From Ostreococcus lucimarinus (Eukaryota), in the NCBI GenBank assembly GCA_000092065.1, contig CP000583.1: a stretch of DNA of 64,000 nt, one strand, 5' to 3'. Within the stretch, counting starts at the first letter, position 1. Every line of letters begins with the position of its first letter. The position numbers were made by a program, and so were the translations under genes. Shown here one piece after another: positions 1 to 10,327 of the stretch. A model generated the notes under the pieces. That model saw only the letters and a program-made list of their open reading frames with translations, was not told where the DNA came from and did no database searches.

Positions 1-3000
1 TCGGTTGTCGCTAAACGGATATTTCAGATCTGGTAAATTTATCGCGTATGCCCAGCCTTCCGAATCGGTGTTTTCACCGACGTGCACTTCCCACTGGCCG
101 TCCCACTTGAAATCTGCAGGCAGCAGTCTTGTAGTGAACTCGTCGATTGAGTTCGTGCTGTTAGCTCCTTGACCGTTTGACCACGCTTTGCGTTCGGTGG
201 GAATCAAATGTTTTGACGAAAAACCAGCGAGGGGTATTCTGCGCTGATTCTCGAAAACTTCTTCGTAGATGCGTTTTGGTCGTTTCTTCGTCGACGCACG
301 ACCTGGTTTGTCATCGGGATGCATTCCCGCCGGACAAATACAAACTTCAATGTCATTTGACGTAGTGTTTATGAACGTGGCCATCGGTTTGAACGTGCAA
401 ACGCTCGGACCAGAGGATTTTGCGATGCACCGGGAAGACTTTCCATCAATAATTTGTGCCGCATTCCACACGCGAGCGTCAATCGATTTCCATGGACCGT
501 GAGGTGCAAAAGCTATGCAAACTTCAGAATCACCTTGATTCGAATCATCATTGCTCGCATGCTCACGCTTGCTGTCTAATTCTACAAACTCGACTCGCAC
601 CTTCACTTCGAGCGAACCGTCGTCGTCCACGAGCGGAACTTTAATGACGCCTTCACCAATGTGAGAACGCTCTCCCGACACCGTCAGATTGCTGAAGAAA
701 GACGCTAAAGTCATAGATTTTGTGGCGACACCATTCTCTGAGGATTCGATGTTGTGATCATCAGCAATGACCAATGTCACTAACACATCTTTCGCGTACT
801 CTCGCCAGTGCGTCTTTGATGCGCGCGTGACGCGCGGAATGATTTGAAATTCTTCATTCCAATTGATGCGTGAATTTTGTGAATTCGACGTGATAGCGCG
901 AGTTGTCACCTTGGTAGAGCCAAGACCGTCTGGAAACTCGAATATCATGCTCGCAACGATTTGCGACATTTCATCGTCAGTAGGGACATCGGCGGAAATC
1001 AGATGAATGTTTGCGGACCATTTCGCTCGCACCGGCATCTTTTCACTATTCTGCGATGATGTCAAAGGCGACGACGTGTCGTCTATCGGCAACGCGTATG
1101 ATTCAACATGTCGATTTGCTGTTCGAATCTCGCGTGATTCTCCAGGCTTGAGACAGACAGCCTCCGACGAGCCAACCCGCAAATACACGTCTTGATTCAC
1201 AAGGTGATTGTCGTAACGAATAGAGTCTTCATCGGCTGCCCGAAGTTCTGACACACCACTGGCGACCATAGTTGTCTGGTCTTGCCACTCACTCCAACGC
1301 AACATCGATGCTACGAATCTCTGCGAAACTGTCATGCAAAGAGGCGTGACGGTCTTTACTTGCACCGCCGTTCCTGCTGGCGCGGATTCATCGCCTGTAT
1401 CGCTGTACGAGAATTTCAAATAAGAATTCGTCGCATCAATGACGGGTTCCCAAACGTTGCGAGAACTGTTATAAGAGGAAACTGCTACGTTGAACATGGT
1501 GTTTCCATCCATACGCGTAGATGTACCGTTAACAACGAACGCAGTGTCTGACAAAGTGGCGCAGATGAGCGGGTATGAAAACGCCTCTCGCTCGAGTAGT
1601 ACAAGACTCACTCGCGGCATTGAAATCTTGAGAGAAACGTTCGGATCTTTGCCTTTTGACTTGTTCGCCCTGGCTCGAACGTAATCTAAAACAGATTGCC
1701 GCGGACGGAACTGTCGTGGAGCGATTGCTTTGTCTAGCTTCGAGAAATGAAATAACCCCCACCGCGGAAGCTGATCGAGAGGTGCATCCGGATCCGAACT
1801 CCACAACTGACAGTGCGAACTATGCGCGCTCCAGAGCGCGTCTTGAACGAATATCGCGTCATGCGCCAACTGAGTTGGGTCAGTACATATCCCCTTTCTC
1901 GAAACTTCAATAGCCAAGTCTTGACGTAAGCACGCGCAAGTGGTCAGTTGCGGTGGGTTTTTAGTGTCATTTGTTACGACGTCGCCACAGGAAACGTAAC
2001 CTTGCGGATTAATTGGACGCCACACGGCGTGCGTTCCGCTATCGCCTTGGCGTATGGACCCAACCAATACGAATCCGATCGGCGAAGCGATAATGTCGCT
2101 ATCTTCTGCCACTGCGAGCACACCTGCAGTCGGCGGTTCTGGCCCAGCGATGAGACAGTCGCCGAGCGATACGTATCCTTGCGGCGGTCGGGGGCGCCAA
2201 ATCGACGCCTGGCGACTTCCTTCCGGTTTTTCGTCTGACCATAAAATTTTGAAGTCATACGTCGTCACTGTTTGTAGCATATCTGTACTGTCCATCGAAA
2301 TATTATCTTCTAAAATCTGCTCGGCGTCTGCGATGAGTGGAAACGGTTCGGGTAGCAAGGGCGACGACAAGTCCGCCGCCGTCATGGGATCGAAACCGTC
2401 TGCAAATGCCTGAAAAGTTCGTGGTCCGTTTTTAACTTGTCTTAGATACGCGGATGACGTCTTGTGCGAAATGCACGCACTGTAGTACGCCTCGTTGACA
2501 ACCTCAGCGCGCATGCATCGCATCACATCGAGAGGTGGTGGCTCTTCGTCGGAGGTCACAACGCATCCGAGCGAACAGTACCCGTCCGGAGGAATTGGGC
2601 GCCAAACCACCGACTTTTGCGTTTCACCTTCAAACGCACACATGCGGTGAAACTCTACCGGAGCTTTCGTCAAACCATCAGCGTCTGTGATGACTACGAC
2701 TGGTCGCGTGGGCGGCGTTTCGTCGAGAGTCACGCAGTCGCCTAAGAGCGTAAATCCGGGCGGCGGAACAGGACGCCAGAAAAATGCACCACCTTCTCCT
2801 CCACCTACGCGTACGAAAGTTGAGCATGAGACAGTTTGGTTATACAAACCAGTTGACTGAAGCGTTGCCGTGAACCCTTTGGAGAGCGAAGTAAGTCGCT
2901 CGATAGACTGTGCGTCGAGGACAAAATCAGCGTCTGTGGCTCGCATCATCATTTCCATATCGTCCGCCGTCGCCTGCATGCGTCCGTCTATGTCGATCGG

Positions 3001-6000
3001 TCTTAGCACGATACTGGAGTCGAACATGTTTCCTTTTGAGCTCCATTCACTCACCGCGACCTGGAACTGCGTGAACGCAAACGCGGCATCTTGCTTGCTC
3101 TCGGCGGAGGTATATTGAAATTCTGCGTCGGTGCGCATGCGCAACACATAATCCGCTGCTCCGCTTGAGGTATCTAAGAAAATAAGCTCAACTCCAGGCA
3201 TCGACGCCTTGACGTTGTAATCGAACGAAGAAGTTCCCGCGGTAGCGAGGGAGTTCTCACTTCCGCGCCGCGACTTGGTACGATTTTCGTGTACAATGAC
3301 GACACCATCCACCTCTTCCGCGCTCAATTGAGAATCCGCCTCCAACTGCACGAAGTCACTCAGCTCGGAGCCGATCGGGATGATGATTCGCACATTCGTC
3401 AGCTTGAGGTGCCTCGCCGCAGCAATATATATCAACGGCGTGTTTGAAACGTGGAAGACGAGCTCGCGCCCATTGCCATTCAACTCCACTTCTTTGGCTC
3501 CCTCGGGTGCGTTGCAAAGGATGCGCGTCGACGAGCTCAAGTCGAAGTCTTCCTCGAGCGTCAAGGACGCCCGTGTTCCGAAATTCAAGTCTTGCCTCAA
3601 GCGAGCGTTCACAAGTCCTGATTCAGATTCGTCTTCTGATGTATTCGAGAAGAAGTTGTAGATTGCCAAGCCGAATTGCGGATCGTACATCATTCTGCAA
3701 TCTTGGAAAAAGACGTCGCAGTCGTAAGACGTTGACGATTGCTTTGCGTCGACGCGAAACAAAGTCTTGGTAGAAGTCGAGCCATGACTCGACCCAAACA
3801 CTTGTTGGGCTCTCGTCGGAATCCCGACTCTTAAATCATTCAGCGCTAAGTCCGGGCAGATCACTGAAACAGACATCTCGCCGTCTTTGTCCTTCCTGTA
3901 GCCGACGTGCATATTGTCAATTTGAAACGCCGCGAGGGGTTTATTTCGTTTCGGTTTGGCCGAAGCAAATGTCACCATTCGCATTTTATTCACGTTCATC
4001 GACATCAGCATGTATGGTGCGCCGAACTTATCGTTTAAATTGCCCGACTCGACGGAAACAATTTCAGCAATTTGGTATAAAGGCTGCGGGACGGGGACAA
4101 CTTCTGCAAAATTTTCCACGGAAAGTGCTGTGAGGACCCGATATTCAAAATCGGACATTTCGACTTTCGTTTCGTTCAAAAAATCAACGACAATCTCGTA
4201 GCTCGGCGATCGACTTTTCGGGTCCCATTTCGGGCTACGAACATAGACATCGAGCGCCATGTCGCGCTCCGGAATCATGGACGTCGTCTTTTTAAATTTG
4301 TCCCACACACAAGCCGAGCAACGAAAAAATGAAACGTTCGTTGAATCCAAGAGCACGGCTCCCACATCTAAATGCGACTTACCTCCTTCCCATTTTAGTT
4401 TATTGTTAACCCTTATGCACTCGGCATCCATAGAAAACGCTTGATCGGAGGTGCTGCTTCGTGGAAAGATGAGTTCAGGCCTCTCCATTTCGACGGCGTA
4501 AATCATCGTGAAAGGCCTCGGGTCGCCTCGCCGCAACAGCTCTGCATTTCTCTCCGACTCTGGAAGTGCACTTACAGGGAGTGGTGGTGGTGTAAACATA
4601 GACGTATATCCCATCAGTTTCTGGATGAATGCATACATGACAATCATCTTGACATCATGGAATTTGACGCGAACGTCGTATTCGTATCCTGGGAAGTTTG
4701 ACGCAAGATGGTTGTACATGAAGACATCAATCTGCGTGCGACTGGTATTTGATGCATCAGATGAATTCAAGTCGATGAATTGTCGATACGCATTGTCTTT
4801 CGGCGCAGTCTGATCACCCACGCGAAGGTTTCCGAGCGACATAGAAACTTCTTGCACGGCGGCTTTCGAGTTCATCTCCAACTGCAAATCATCCATGCAG
4901 CAATCAAACAGAGGTTGAAGACTCGACGCTTCTTCTTCTTTTTCGAGATATGCCATGATGACGGTGGAATGAAAATGAAGTAACATTTGGAAACTGATTC
5001 GATCCGAATCCTCGTCGATGAGGCCGCCGAAGGACGCTACTTTTGTAATTGCCTCAGTGTCTGTCGATGAAAACGCCGCCAAGATGACCTTGATTTCCTC
5101 TTGCATGCGATACAGTGAACCGATGGTCGGTCTGTGAAGCGCGAAGCTGATATTCTCGGTATCCAAGCACATTGTTGTACTGATGTTGTTGTATTCTGGT
5201 GAACTTTCGCTTAATTCCTTGTATTTGAGTCGAACTTTCACGTCATCGCGCGCGTGCGCACTCATAAGACGCATGGTTTCGGTTGTACCGCAAAGCTTGT
5301 CCACGATATCCATGCTCGATACCTCCATGACAAACTCTCGGCTATGTTCTTTCGTTTGAACGCTGATCAAAGCCGATGTAGAGCTGAGCTCTGCGACAGG
5401 GATTTCCGTGGATTCTGCCAAGTTGCGATCCAACAGCCTCGCCACACCACCATTTTCTAAACCATCACACTTCGCTCCGGGAATACCCATTGGCTGGCCA
5501 GAAAGATGCACGGACACGCTTCCTAGCTCCATTGTGAGCACAGAGTCTACGACATCTTCCTCGTCGAAGTCCCGATTAAGATTTTCAGAAGTTTCTTCCT
5601 CGACAATAGCTTTCGTAGATGATTGTACCGCTCTCGTGGCCACAGCGACTTCATTCATATCCTGAAGCCATCGCTGCCACTTTGAATGCTCTTGTTCGTC
5701 AGCAAAACGGAATAGCCAAGTATTGTTCGTATCACGCGCGCGTGATTTCGGCGTTTTCGAATCGTGGATCGCCAAAATTAAATTCTGCTTTTCTCCGTCT
5801 TCCTCGTCTTCCAAAACGGTTACTCTAACGCTGTAGCCGATGCGAACGAAATCAATGTAACCCGCCGCATCGGGTTTTTCTAAAATGTACAAGTACGGAC
5901 CTTGAATACACAACCAGCGACTGTGGTAACCGCTCGCGCCACCAACTAGACCCACTTTCTTCGCAGAGGCGGCACCGCTGATGAGCGCATCTGACCAAGG

Positions 6001-8469
6001 TTTCGCATCAATTGCGGCGGTGCTGCCGGCATCCTCAGATAATGCCATGGAACTTTGCTTTGCGGACGATGTCATCTGCATGGTCGCGTATACCCGTGCC
6101 ATTTTCGACGGCGACATGTACATCTGAAAAGCACTTAAAGATATTTGCACTTTTGAACGAGGTCCAACTTCAGGTGTCCATCCGGCGCCTTGCATCGCAA
6201 AACGCATTTTGGCGTCACACGGGGCAAGGAGTGTTTCGCAGACTTGATCGAGCGACGTCGACACCGAGTTCCCCCAATCGAAATCCGACGGCGCGAGAAA
6301 CACGGCCGTATCCCTACTGGCGACGGCAAACGTCTGGTACACTGGCGCGCCAGTTTTGCGATCAAAACTCACCGATGGATCAAGTGGATCGGCCACCATG
6401 GTAAAATGACCGAAATCCACCAACGTTTGGAACGCCACTCGACCTCGTCGGCGAACTGGAATTGTCACCTTTGGCGCGTGAATGTCGAACGTCATGGCAA
6501 CTTTATTCAACGCTTCAGTGGTTGATTCTTTTGCTTCTTCAAGCTTAATCATCGCCTCATCCACTTGGAGCGCAAAATTTGTTTGGACTAATTCTTTTGA
6601 GCTAAAAAAGTTGCGCAGTTGGTCGACGGTTTGTCCATCAAAGACAATGTACACCGGAGAAAGCTTGACATCCACGTTGGCATCGAGATCGTGTTCGAGT
6701 GGGTAGGCGTTGTGCTTGACTTCGAGCGCGTGTTTACGCAACGACGCTCCTACTCCGCTCGACAATATTCGATCATTCGTAGTCTCGCACGTCCAACTGT
6801 TAATGGTGAAATACGTGTTTGATTGATCCTTGTACGTCTTCGTCAAGATCTTCGCGCCAATCATACTTGAATTCAAAACGAGACGCTCTTTATTGTGATC
6901 ATCGTGATCGGTGAGCTCCATGGAAAGCTTTTTCATCGATCCTCTGAATTCCATGCCGAGTTCCTTTGGGTCGAAATCCTCTTCCTCCACGCCGCCGCGC
7001 ATGAGCTCTTCCAGCTTGCTCCAGTCGTCGTTTGACATTTCCAGCGACTTAGCCGTCAACTCCGTCGACGATTGCCACATCCACGAAAAATAGCCCGATT
7101 TTTCCGATTCTTCTTCTTTCAACATAAGAATAACATCGCCTCTAGCTTTTGAGGCGAGAGAAGGCGGTCGTCCGTCGGTGCTCGCGGCTTTCGATTTGCT
7201 ATGAGCGATGCAGCGCCAGGCGAGCGCGACTTCAAAGTCGATGTTGCGCTCTATCTCGTGTACTCGATTGATAAACTCAGCGTTTGATGCGCTACCCTCC
7301 GCTATGTATATGGAAAGATATTCACGCCTTAACGCTCCGGTCTCTTGGATATTGCGCCATTCGAAAGTCCCTAAAACGTTCTTCTTTCTCGCCGAGACGG
7401 CGCACTTGGCGTACGTCCACCACGCGCGCGGTTGAGCTTTGACGCTCACCATCGGGCGAAACTCGGCGTGCGGCAATCGCAAGCGATACTGATTGAAGGC
7501 CTCTAGCAAGCGGACCGTACTGCGGTATTGATTACGACTCAACGCCATGCGCGCGTCTTGAAACTTCAAGTCACACATTTGCCTCGGTTCACCCGCCTCG
7601 GTTTGTTCTTTTCGTCCTTTGCGGTGATAAAACAGTTCCACCGTCACCGGGTACAACATGTAGTTTCGCACATCGCTCGGCGCTTCTCCGACCAACCCTA
7701 CGCCAAATAGTGCCCACCACGCCTCTGTGTCTTCCACTTTCGGCGGCGTCCATCCCGCGTGCGTTTTCCACGGTCGATACACCGCCCCCGAGTCGAGATA
7801 CATTGAAAAGTTTTCCAACGCCACGCGCTTGTGAATGCGTTCCAGCGACCCTCCCGCGACGAACGTCGGCTCCCCAAAATCATCCACCGTGATCGCGCTC
7901 AACTTTCCTATCGTCATTCCGCACGAAAACGTGTGCCCAGGCGTCGTGATTTCATCCTCGTACCGCACGTGTACGTTTTGCACCGTTATTTGTAAATTTC
8001 CCAGCACCGTGTTTAACGTCTTCCAAAACCAACTATCCGATCTCTCCGCCTCCTCCCGCATCGTCTTCGTCATCTTCCCCATCGCCGTCCTCAACCAATC
8101 TCGCTCTCCCTCATCGATTCGTTTCTTCTTCTCCGCCGCGTCTTCCTCCTCGTCTCGCGTCTCGTCCGCCGTCGCCGCCGCCTCCTCCATCGTCACCCTC
8201 GACGCCAGCACGAACACTCGATCGATCTCCACCACCACCGGTTCGCGTCCGAGGTTCATCCACGGCACCTTCAACCGCAGCGACCCGACGCATCCCGCGT
8301 CGACCGTCACCGGCGCGCGCAGCGTCGACAGCGCCGTTTTTTTCAGACGAACGTTTCGCAATTCGACGTCGCCGTTCCACGCGGACACGCGCAGTTTCTC
8401 GCCGTCGATGCCGTCGCAGTACGCGCCGAGCGCCTTATTCAGGGCGTCGGCGAGGTACTGCTCGAACAT
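1..8469 (-). CDS. VPS13: VPS13-like bulk lipid-transfer protein (chorein-N family), partial: the N-terminal ~2800 codons. The ATG is at 8469-8467 on the minus strand. The reading frame appears open to the window edge, so the 3' end lies outside the window.
   Basis: Reverse-complement translation from the ATG at 8469 gives MFEQYLADALNKALGAYCDGIDGEKLRVSAWNGDVELRNVRLKK. This matches the VPS13 chorein-N start (yeast [21 protein letters not shown]...IWSGDV.LKNL.L). The ORF track shows no long stop-bounded ORF in any frame across 1-8469, consistent with one very long open frame leaving the window. The frame contains tandem 'WRP.PP.GY..LGDC' (PxGY) repeats. Local GC is lower (~48%) than in neighbouring genes. 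The translation was done by eye and its continuity is not fully verified. Confidence 0.6.
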   Translation of the reverse strand, partial: MFEQYLADALNKALGAYCDGIDGEKLRVSAWNGDVELRNVRLKKTALSTLRAPVTVDAGCVGSLRLKVPWMNLGREPVVVEIDRVFVLASRVTMEEAAATADETRDEEEDAAEKKKRIDEGERDWLRTAMGKMTKTMREEAERSDSWFWKTLNTVLGNLQITVQNVHVRYEDEITTPGHTFSCGMTIGKLSAITVDDFGEPTFVAGGSLERIHKRVALENFSMYLDSGAVYRPWKTHAGWTPPKVEDTEAWWALFGVGLVGEAPSDVRNYMLYPVTVELFYHRKGRKEQTEAGEPRQMCDLKFQDARMALSRNQYRSTVRLLEAFNQYRLRLPHAEFRPMVSVKAQPRAWWTYAKCAVSARKKNVLGTFEWRNIQETGALRREYLSIYIAEGSASNAEFINRVHEIERNIDFEVALAWRCIAHSKSKAASTDGRPPSLASKARGDVILMLKEEESEKSGYFSWMWQSSTELTAKSLEMSNDDWSKLEELMRGGVEEEDFDPKELGMEFRGSMKKLSMELTDHDDHNKERLVLNSSMIGAKILTKTYKDQSNTYFTINSWTCETTNDRILSSGVGASLRKHALEVKHNAYPLEHDLDANVDVKLSPVYIVFDGQTVDQLRNFFSSKELVQTNFALQVDEAMIKLEEAKESTTEALNKVAMTFDIHAPKVTIPVRRRGRVAFQTLVDFGHFTMVADPLDPSVSFDRKTGAPVYQTFAVASRDTAVFLAPSDFDWGNSVSTSLDQVCETLLAPCDAKMRFAMQGAGWTPEVGPRSKVQISLSAFQMYMSPSKMARVYATMQMTSSAKQSSMALSEDAGSTAAIDAKPWSDALISGAASAKKVGLVGGASGYHSRWLCIQGPYLYILEKPDAAGYIDFVRIGYSVRVTVLEDEEDGEKQNLILAIHDSKTPKSRARDTNNTWLFRFADEQEHSKWQRWLQDMNEVAVATRAVQSSTKAIVEEETSENLNRDFDEEDVVDSVLTMELGSVSVHLSGQPMGIPGAKCDGLENGGVARLLDRNLAESTEIPVAELSSTSALISVQTKEHSREFVMEVSSMDIVDKLCGTTETMRLMSAHARDDVKVRLKYKELSESSPEYNNISTTMCLDTENISFALHRPTIGSLYRMQEEIKVILAAFSSTDTEAITKVASFGGLIDEDSDRISFQMLLHFHSTVIMAYLEKEEEASSLQPLFDCCMDDLQLEMNSKAAVQEVSMSLGNLRVGDQTAPKDNAYRQFIDLNSSDASNTSRTQIDVFMYNHLASNFPGYEYDVRVKFHDVKMIVMYAFIQKLMGYTSMFTPPPLPVSALPESERNAELLRRGDPRPFTMIYAVEMERPELIFPRSSTSDQAFSMDAECIRVNNKLKWEGGKSHLDVGAVLLDSTNVSFFRCSACVWDKFKKTTSMIPERDMALDVYVRSPKWDPKSRSPSYEIVVDFLNETKVEMSDFEYRVLTALSVENFAEVVPVPQPLYQIAEIVSVESGNLNDKFGAPYMLMSMNVNKMRMVTFASAKPKRNKPLAAFQIDNMHVGYRKDKDGEMSVSVICPDLALNDLRVGIPTRAQQVFGSSHGSTSTKTLFRVDAKQSSTSYDCDVFFQDCRMMYDPQFGLAIYNFFSNTSEDESESGLVNARLRQDLNFGTRASLTLEEDFDLSSSTRILCNAPEGAKEVELNGNGRELVFHVSNTPLIYIAAARHLKLTNVRIIIPIGSELSDFVQLEADSQLSAEEVDGVVIVHENRTKSRRGSENSLATAGTSSFDYNVKASMPGVELIFLDTSSGAADYVLRMRTDAEFQYTSAESKQDAAFAFTQFQVAVSEWSSKGNMFDSSIVLRPIDIDGRMQATADDMEMMMRATDADFVLDAQSIERLTSLSKGFTATLQSTGLYNQTVSCSTFVRVGGGEGGAFFWRPVPPPGFTLLGDCVTLDETPPTRPVVVITDADGLTKAPVEFHRMCAFEGETQKSVVWRPIPPDGYCSLGCVVTSDEEPPPLDVMRCMRAEVVNEAYYSACISHKTSSAYLRQVKNGPRTFQAFADGFDPMTAADLSSPLLPEPFPLIADAEQILEDNISMDSTDMLQTVTTYDFKILWSDEKPEGSRQASIWRPRPPQGYVSLGDCLIAGPEPPTAGVLAVAEDSDIIASPIGFVLVGSIRQGDSGTHAVWRPINPQGYVSCGDVVTNDTKNPPQLTTCACLRQDLAIEVSRKGICTDPTQLAHDAIFVQDALWSAHSSHCQLWSSDPDAPLDQLPRWGLFHFSKLDKAIAPRQFRPRQSVLDYVRARANKSKGKDPNVSLKISMPRVSLVLLEREAFSYPLICATLSDTAFVVNGTSTRMDGNTMFNVAVSSYNSSRNVWEPVIDATNSYLKFSYSDTGDESAPAGTAVQVKTVTPLCMTVSQRFVASMLRWSEWQDQTTMVASGVSELRAADEDSIRYDNHLVNQDVYLRVGSSEAVCLKPGESREIRTANRHVESYALPIDDTSSPLTSSQNSEKMPVRAKWSANIHLISADVPTDDEMSQIVASMIFEFPDGLGSTKVTTRAITSNSQNSRINWNEEFQIIPRVTRASKTHWREYAKDVLVTLVIADDHNIESSENGVATKSMTLASFFSNLTVSGERSHIGEGVIKVPLVDDDGSLEVKVRVEFVELDSKREHASNDDSNQGDSEVCIAFAPHGPWKSIDARVWNAAQIIDGKSSRCIAKSSGPSVCTFKPMATFINTTSNDIEVCICPAGMHPDDKPGRASTKKRPKRIYEEVFENQRRIPLAGFSSKHLIPTERKAWSNGQGANSTNSIDEFTTRLLPADFKWDGQWEVHVGENTDSEGWAYAINLPDLKYPFSDNR

Positions 8470-8657
8470 CGTCGCCCGAGCCGTCGCGCGCGCGCGACGG
8501 TCTGAGACGCCAGGGTGGATTAATGCGGGCAGACGGTTACAGCGGTCGGTCGGTCGGTCGGACAGCGCTGGACGGGCGCGACGCGACGCGACGCGACGCG
8601 GACGCGCGATGGAGCGCGGCGGCGGCGACGAATGCGATGTTATCTCACCGTGCTATC

Positions 8658-9431
8658 TCACTGGAGTCCCATGTCGCGCTTCAACTCGGCGAGCATGTCG
8701 TCCACGGTTTGCGACGTGACGCTCGGCGCGGGCGACGGTTTCTTCGGTTTGGGTTTCGGCGGCGGCGCGGCGCGACTAAACTCCGTCTCCGACGTGGGCT
8801 TCGGTTTCGGCGCGGCGTCCTCGAGGAAATCCACGAACTCCTCGCCGATTTCGTAGAGCTCTTCCCAGAGGGATTTCGGGGCGGCGCCGGCGGGGCGCGC
8901 GGCGTCTCGCGCGGCGAGCTCCTTCTCCAAGTCGCGGAAAAAGTCGCCAAAACCATAAAATTCTTCCTCCTCTCGCGCGCCCGCCGCGCGCGCACCGGAC
9001 GACGACGGCGACGCGCGTGACGACGACGCGCGCGGTGCTCGAGCGCCGCTCGTCGCGCGCGTCCACGCATCGCTCCAATCCGTCGCCGTCGCGCGTCCCC
9101 GGGACGTCGCCGCCGCGTCGTACGCCTCCCGCCTCGCCGGGTCCACGAGCACGTTATACGCCTCTTTCACCTCGTTGAACCGCGCCGACGCGTCGGGCGC
9201 TTTGTTCACGTCCGGGTGCAGCTCGAGCGCGCGCCTGCGGTAGGCGGATTTGATCTCCTTCGTCGTCGCTTTCGGGGACACGCCCAGGAGATTGTACAGG
9301 TGCCGCGCCGAGTCACCGCCGCGTGACGTCGACGCGGCGGCGTGCGTGGCGCGACGCGCGCGTCGCGCGGTGACGCTCGCGCGTCTCGGCGCGACGTCGA
9401 GGGCGACGGCGCGAGCGCACGCGCGCGACAT
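8658..9431 (-). CDS. DnaJ/J-domain protein with an Arg/Ala-rich N-terminal presequence (probably organelle-targeted) and an acidic C-terminal region.
   Basis: 257-aa ATG-initiated ORF. J-domain signature: YNLLGVSPKATTKEIKSAYRRRALELHPDVNKAPDASARFNEVKEAYNVLVDPARREAYD, containing the HPD motif. Confidence 0.7.
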   Translation of the reverse strand: MSRACARAVALDVAPRRASVTARRARRATHAAASTSRGGDSARHLYNLLGVSPKATTKEIKSAYRRRALELHPDVNKAPDASARFNEVKEAYNVLVDPARREAYDAAATSRGRATATDWSDAWTRATSGARAPRASSSRASPSSSGARAAGAREEEEFYGFGDFFRDLEKELAARDAARPAGAAPKSLWEELYEIGEEFVDFLEDAAPKPKPTSETEFSRAAPPPKPKPKKPSPAPSVTSQTVDDMLAELKRDMGLQ

Positions 9432-9517
9432 CTCGGCGGGGCGAGGCGCGCTGAGAGGCGACGCGACGCGTCGACTGAGATTTTACGCGTCGTGACAAAA
9501 CGAGGAAAAAGTACTAT

Positions 9518-9889
9518 TTAGGCCGCCGGATCGCTCGCGCGAATGTCTCGCTCGGCGCTCGCGATGGCGTCGCGCAGCGCGCTCACGGGTGCCTTGGCGA
9601 ACAGACTCGCCGGGTACACCGCGCTGCCCCACGTCGGATGCAAAACCACCTTGCAGCACCCGCTGTTGGTGGTTTGATAATTCAAAAGCGTCACCAACGC
9701 GTCCACCTCGCCGTACACGTGTTGCGAATCGCGATTGATCATCGACAACCCGCTGCACGGATCGATGTAATCGCACCAATACCCACCCGCGCGAAGCGCG
9801 TCCGTCACGCGTTTCGCAAAGTCGACGAAGCGCTCGAGACAGAAATCCTTTTCGATGTCCACGTTTTCCCCGGTCTGCACCAAATCCAT
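9518..9889 (-). CDS. MMADHC: MMADHC-like (methylmalonic aciduria and homocystinuria type D, cobalamin trafficking) C-terminal domain protein. It may be a C-terminal exon or a truncated gene.
   Basis: 123-aa ORF. ALRAGGYWCDYIDPCSGL and GCCKVVLHPTWGSAVY match the remembered human MMADHC C-terminal motifs (ALRAEGYWADFIDPSSGL, LGCCKVIRHSLWGTHVV). An in-frame stop lies 3 codons upstream of the ATG, so the N-terminal half of the domain is not in this ORF. Confidence 0.5.
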   Translation of the reverse strand: MDLVQTGENVDIEKDFCLERFVDFAKRVTDALRAGGYWCDYIDPCSGLSMINRDSQHVYGEVDALVTLLNYQTTNSGCCKVVLHPTWGSAVYPASLFAKAPVSALRDAIASAERDIRASDPAA

Positions 9890-10327
9890 CTTCGTCCGCT
9901 ATCGATCGCGCGATTACCACGCGTGGTCCATCGTCAGTCGTCGTCGTCGCGCGCGTCGTCGTCGCGCGCGTCGTCGTTCGCCCGCGCACCTGACGCGTCG
10001 GCACGACCAACATGTCCCCGACGTCCACCCCCGGGAACATCGCCTCCGCCTCCATCTTGTGCCGCTTCGGGCACGCTGCGTCGCGCGATCGCGCCGCGTT
10101 CGTCGTCGTCAGTCCGCGTCTCTCTCCCGTCTCTCTCGCGCGCGTCGTTCGCGTCGTTCGCGCGACCGTTTCGAGAATTCCACGCCGCGCGTTCGCGGCG
10201 CCTCGCGCGTCTTCCTCGCGCGTCGCGCGCGCACCGTGCGCGGAGTACTCCATGCCCCACACCGTCTTCGTCGTCTCGATCGCCGGCGGCGTCGCGCCCA
10301 TGTCTCGCGCCGTCGTCGCGTCGCGCG

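Noticed and set aside
9638-10327. Upstream 230 codons of the 1397-aa MSH1 track ORF, plus ORFs 9483-10301 and 9855-10346.
   Set aside because: In-frame read-through of GC-rich intergenic and promoter sequence that overlaps the MMADHC-like gene on the other strand. There is no MutS homology before about aa 330.
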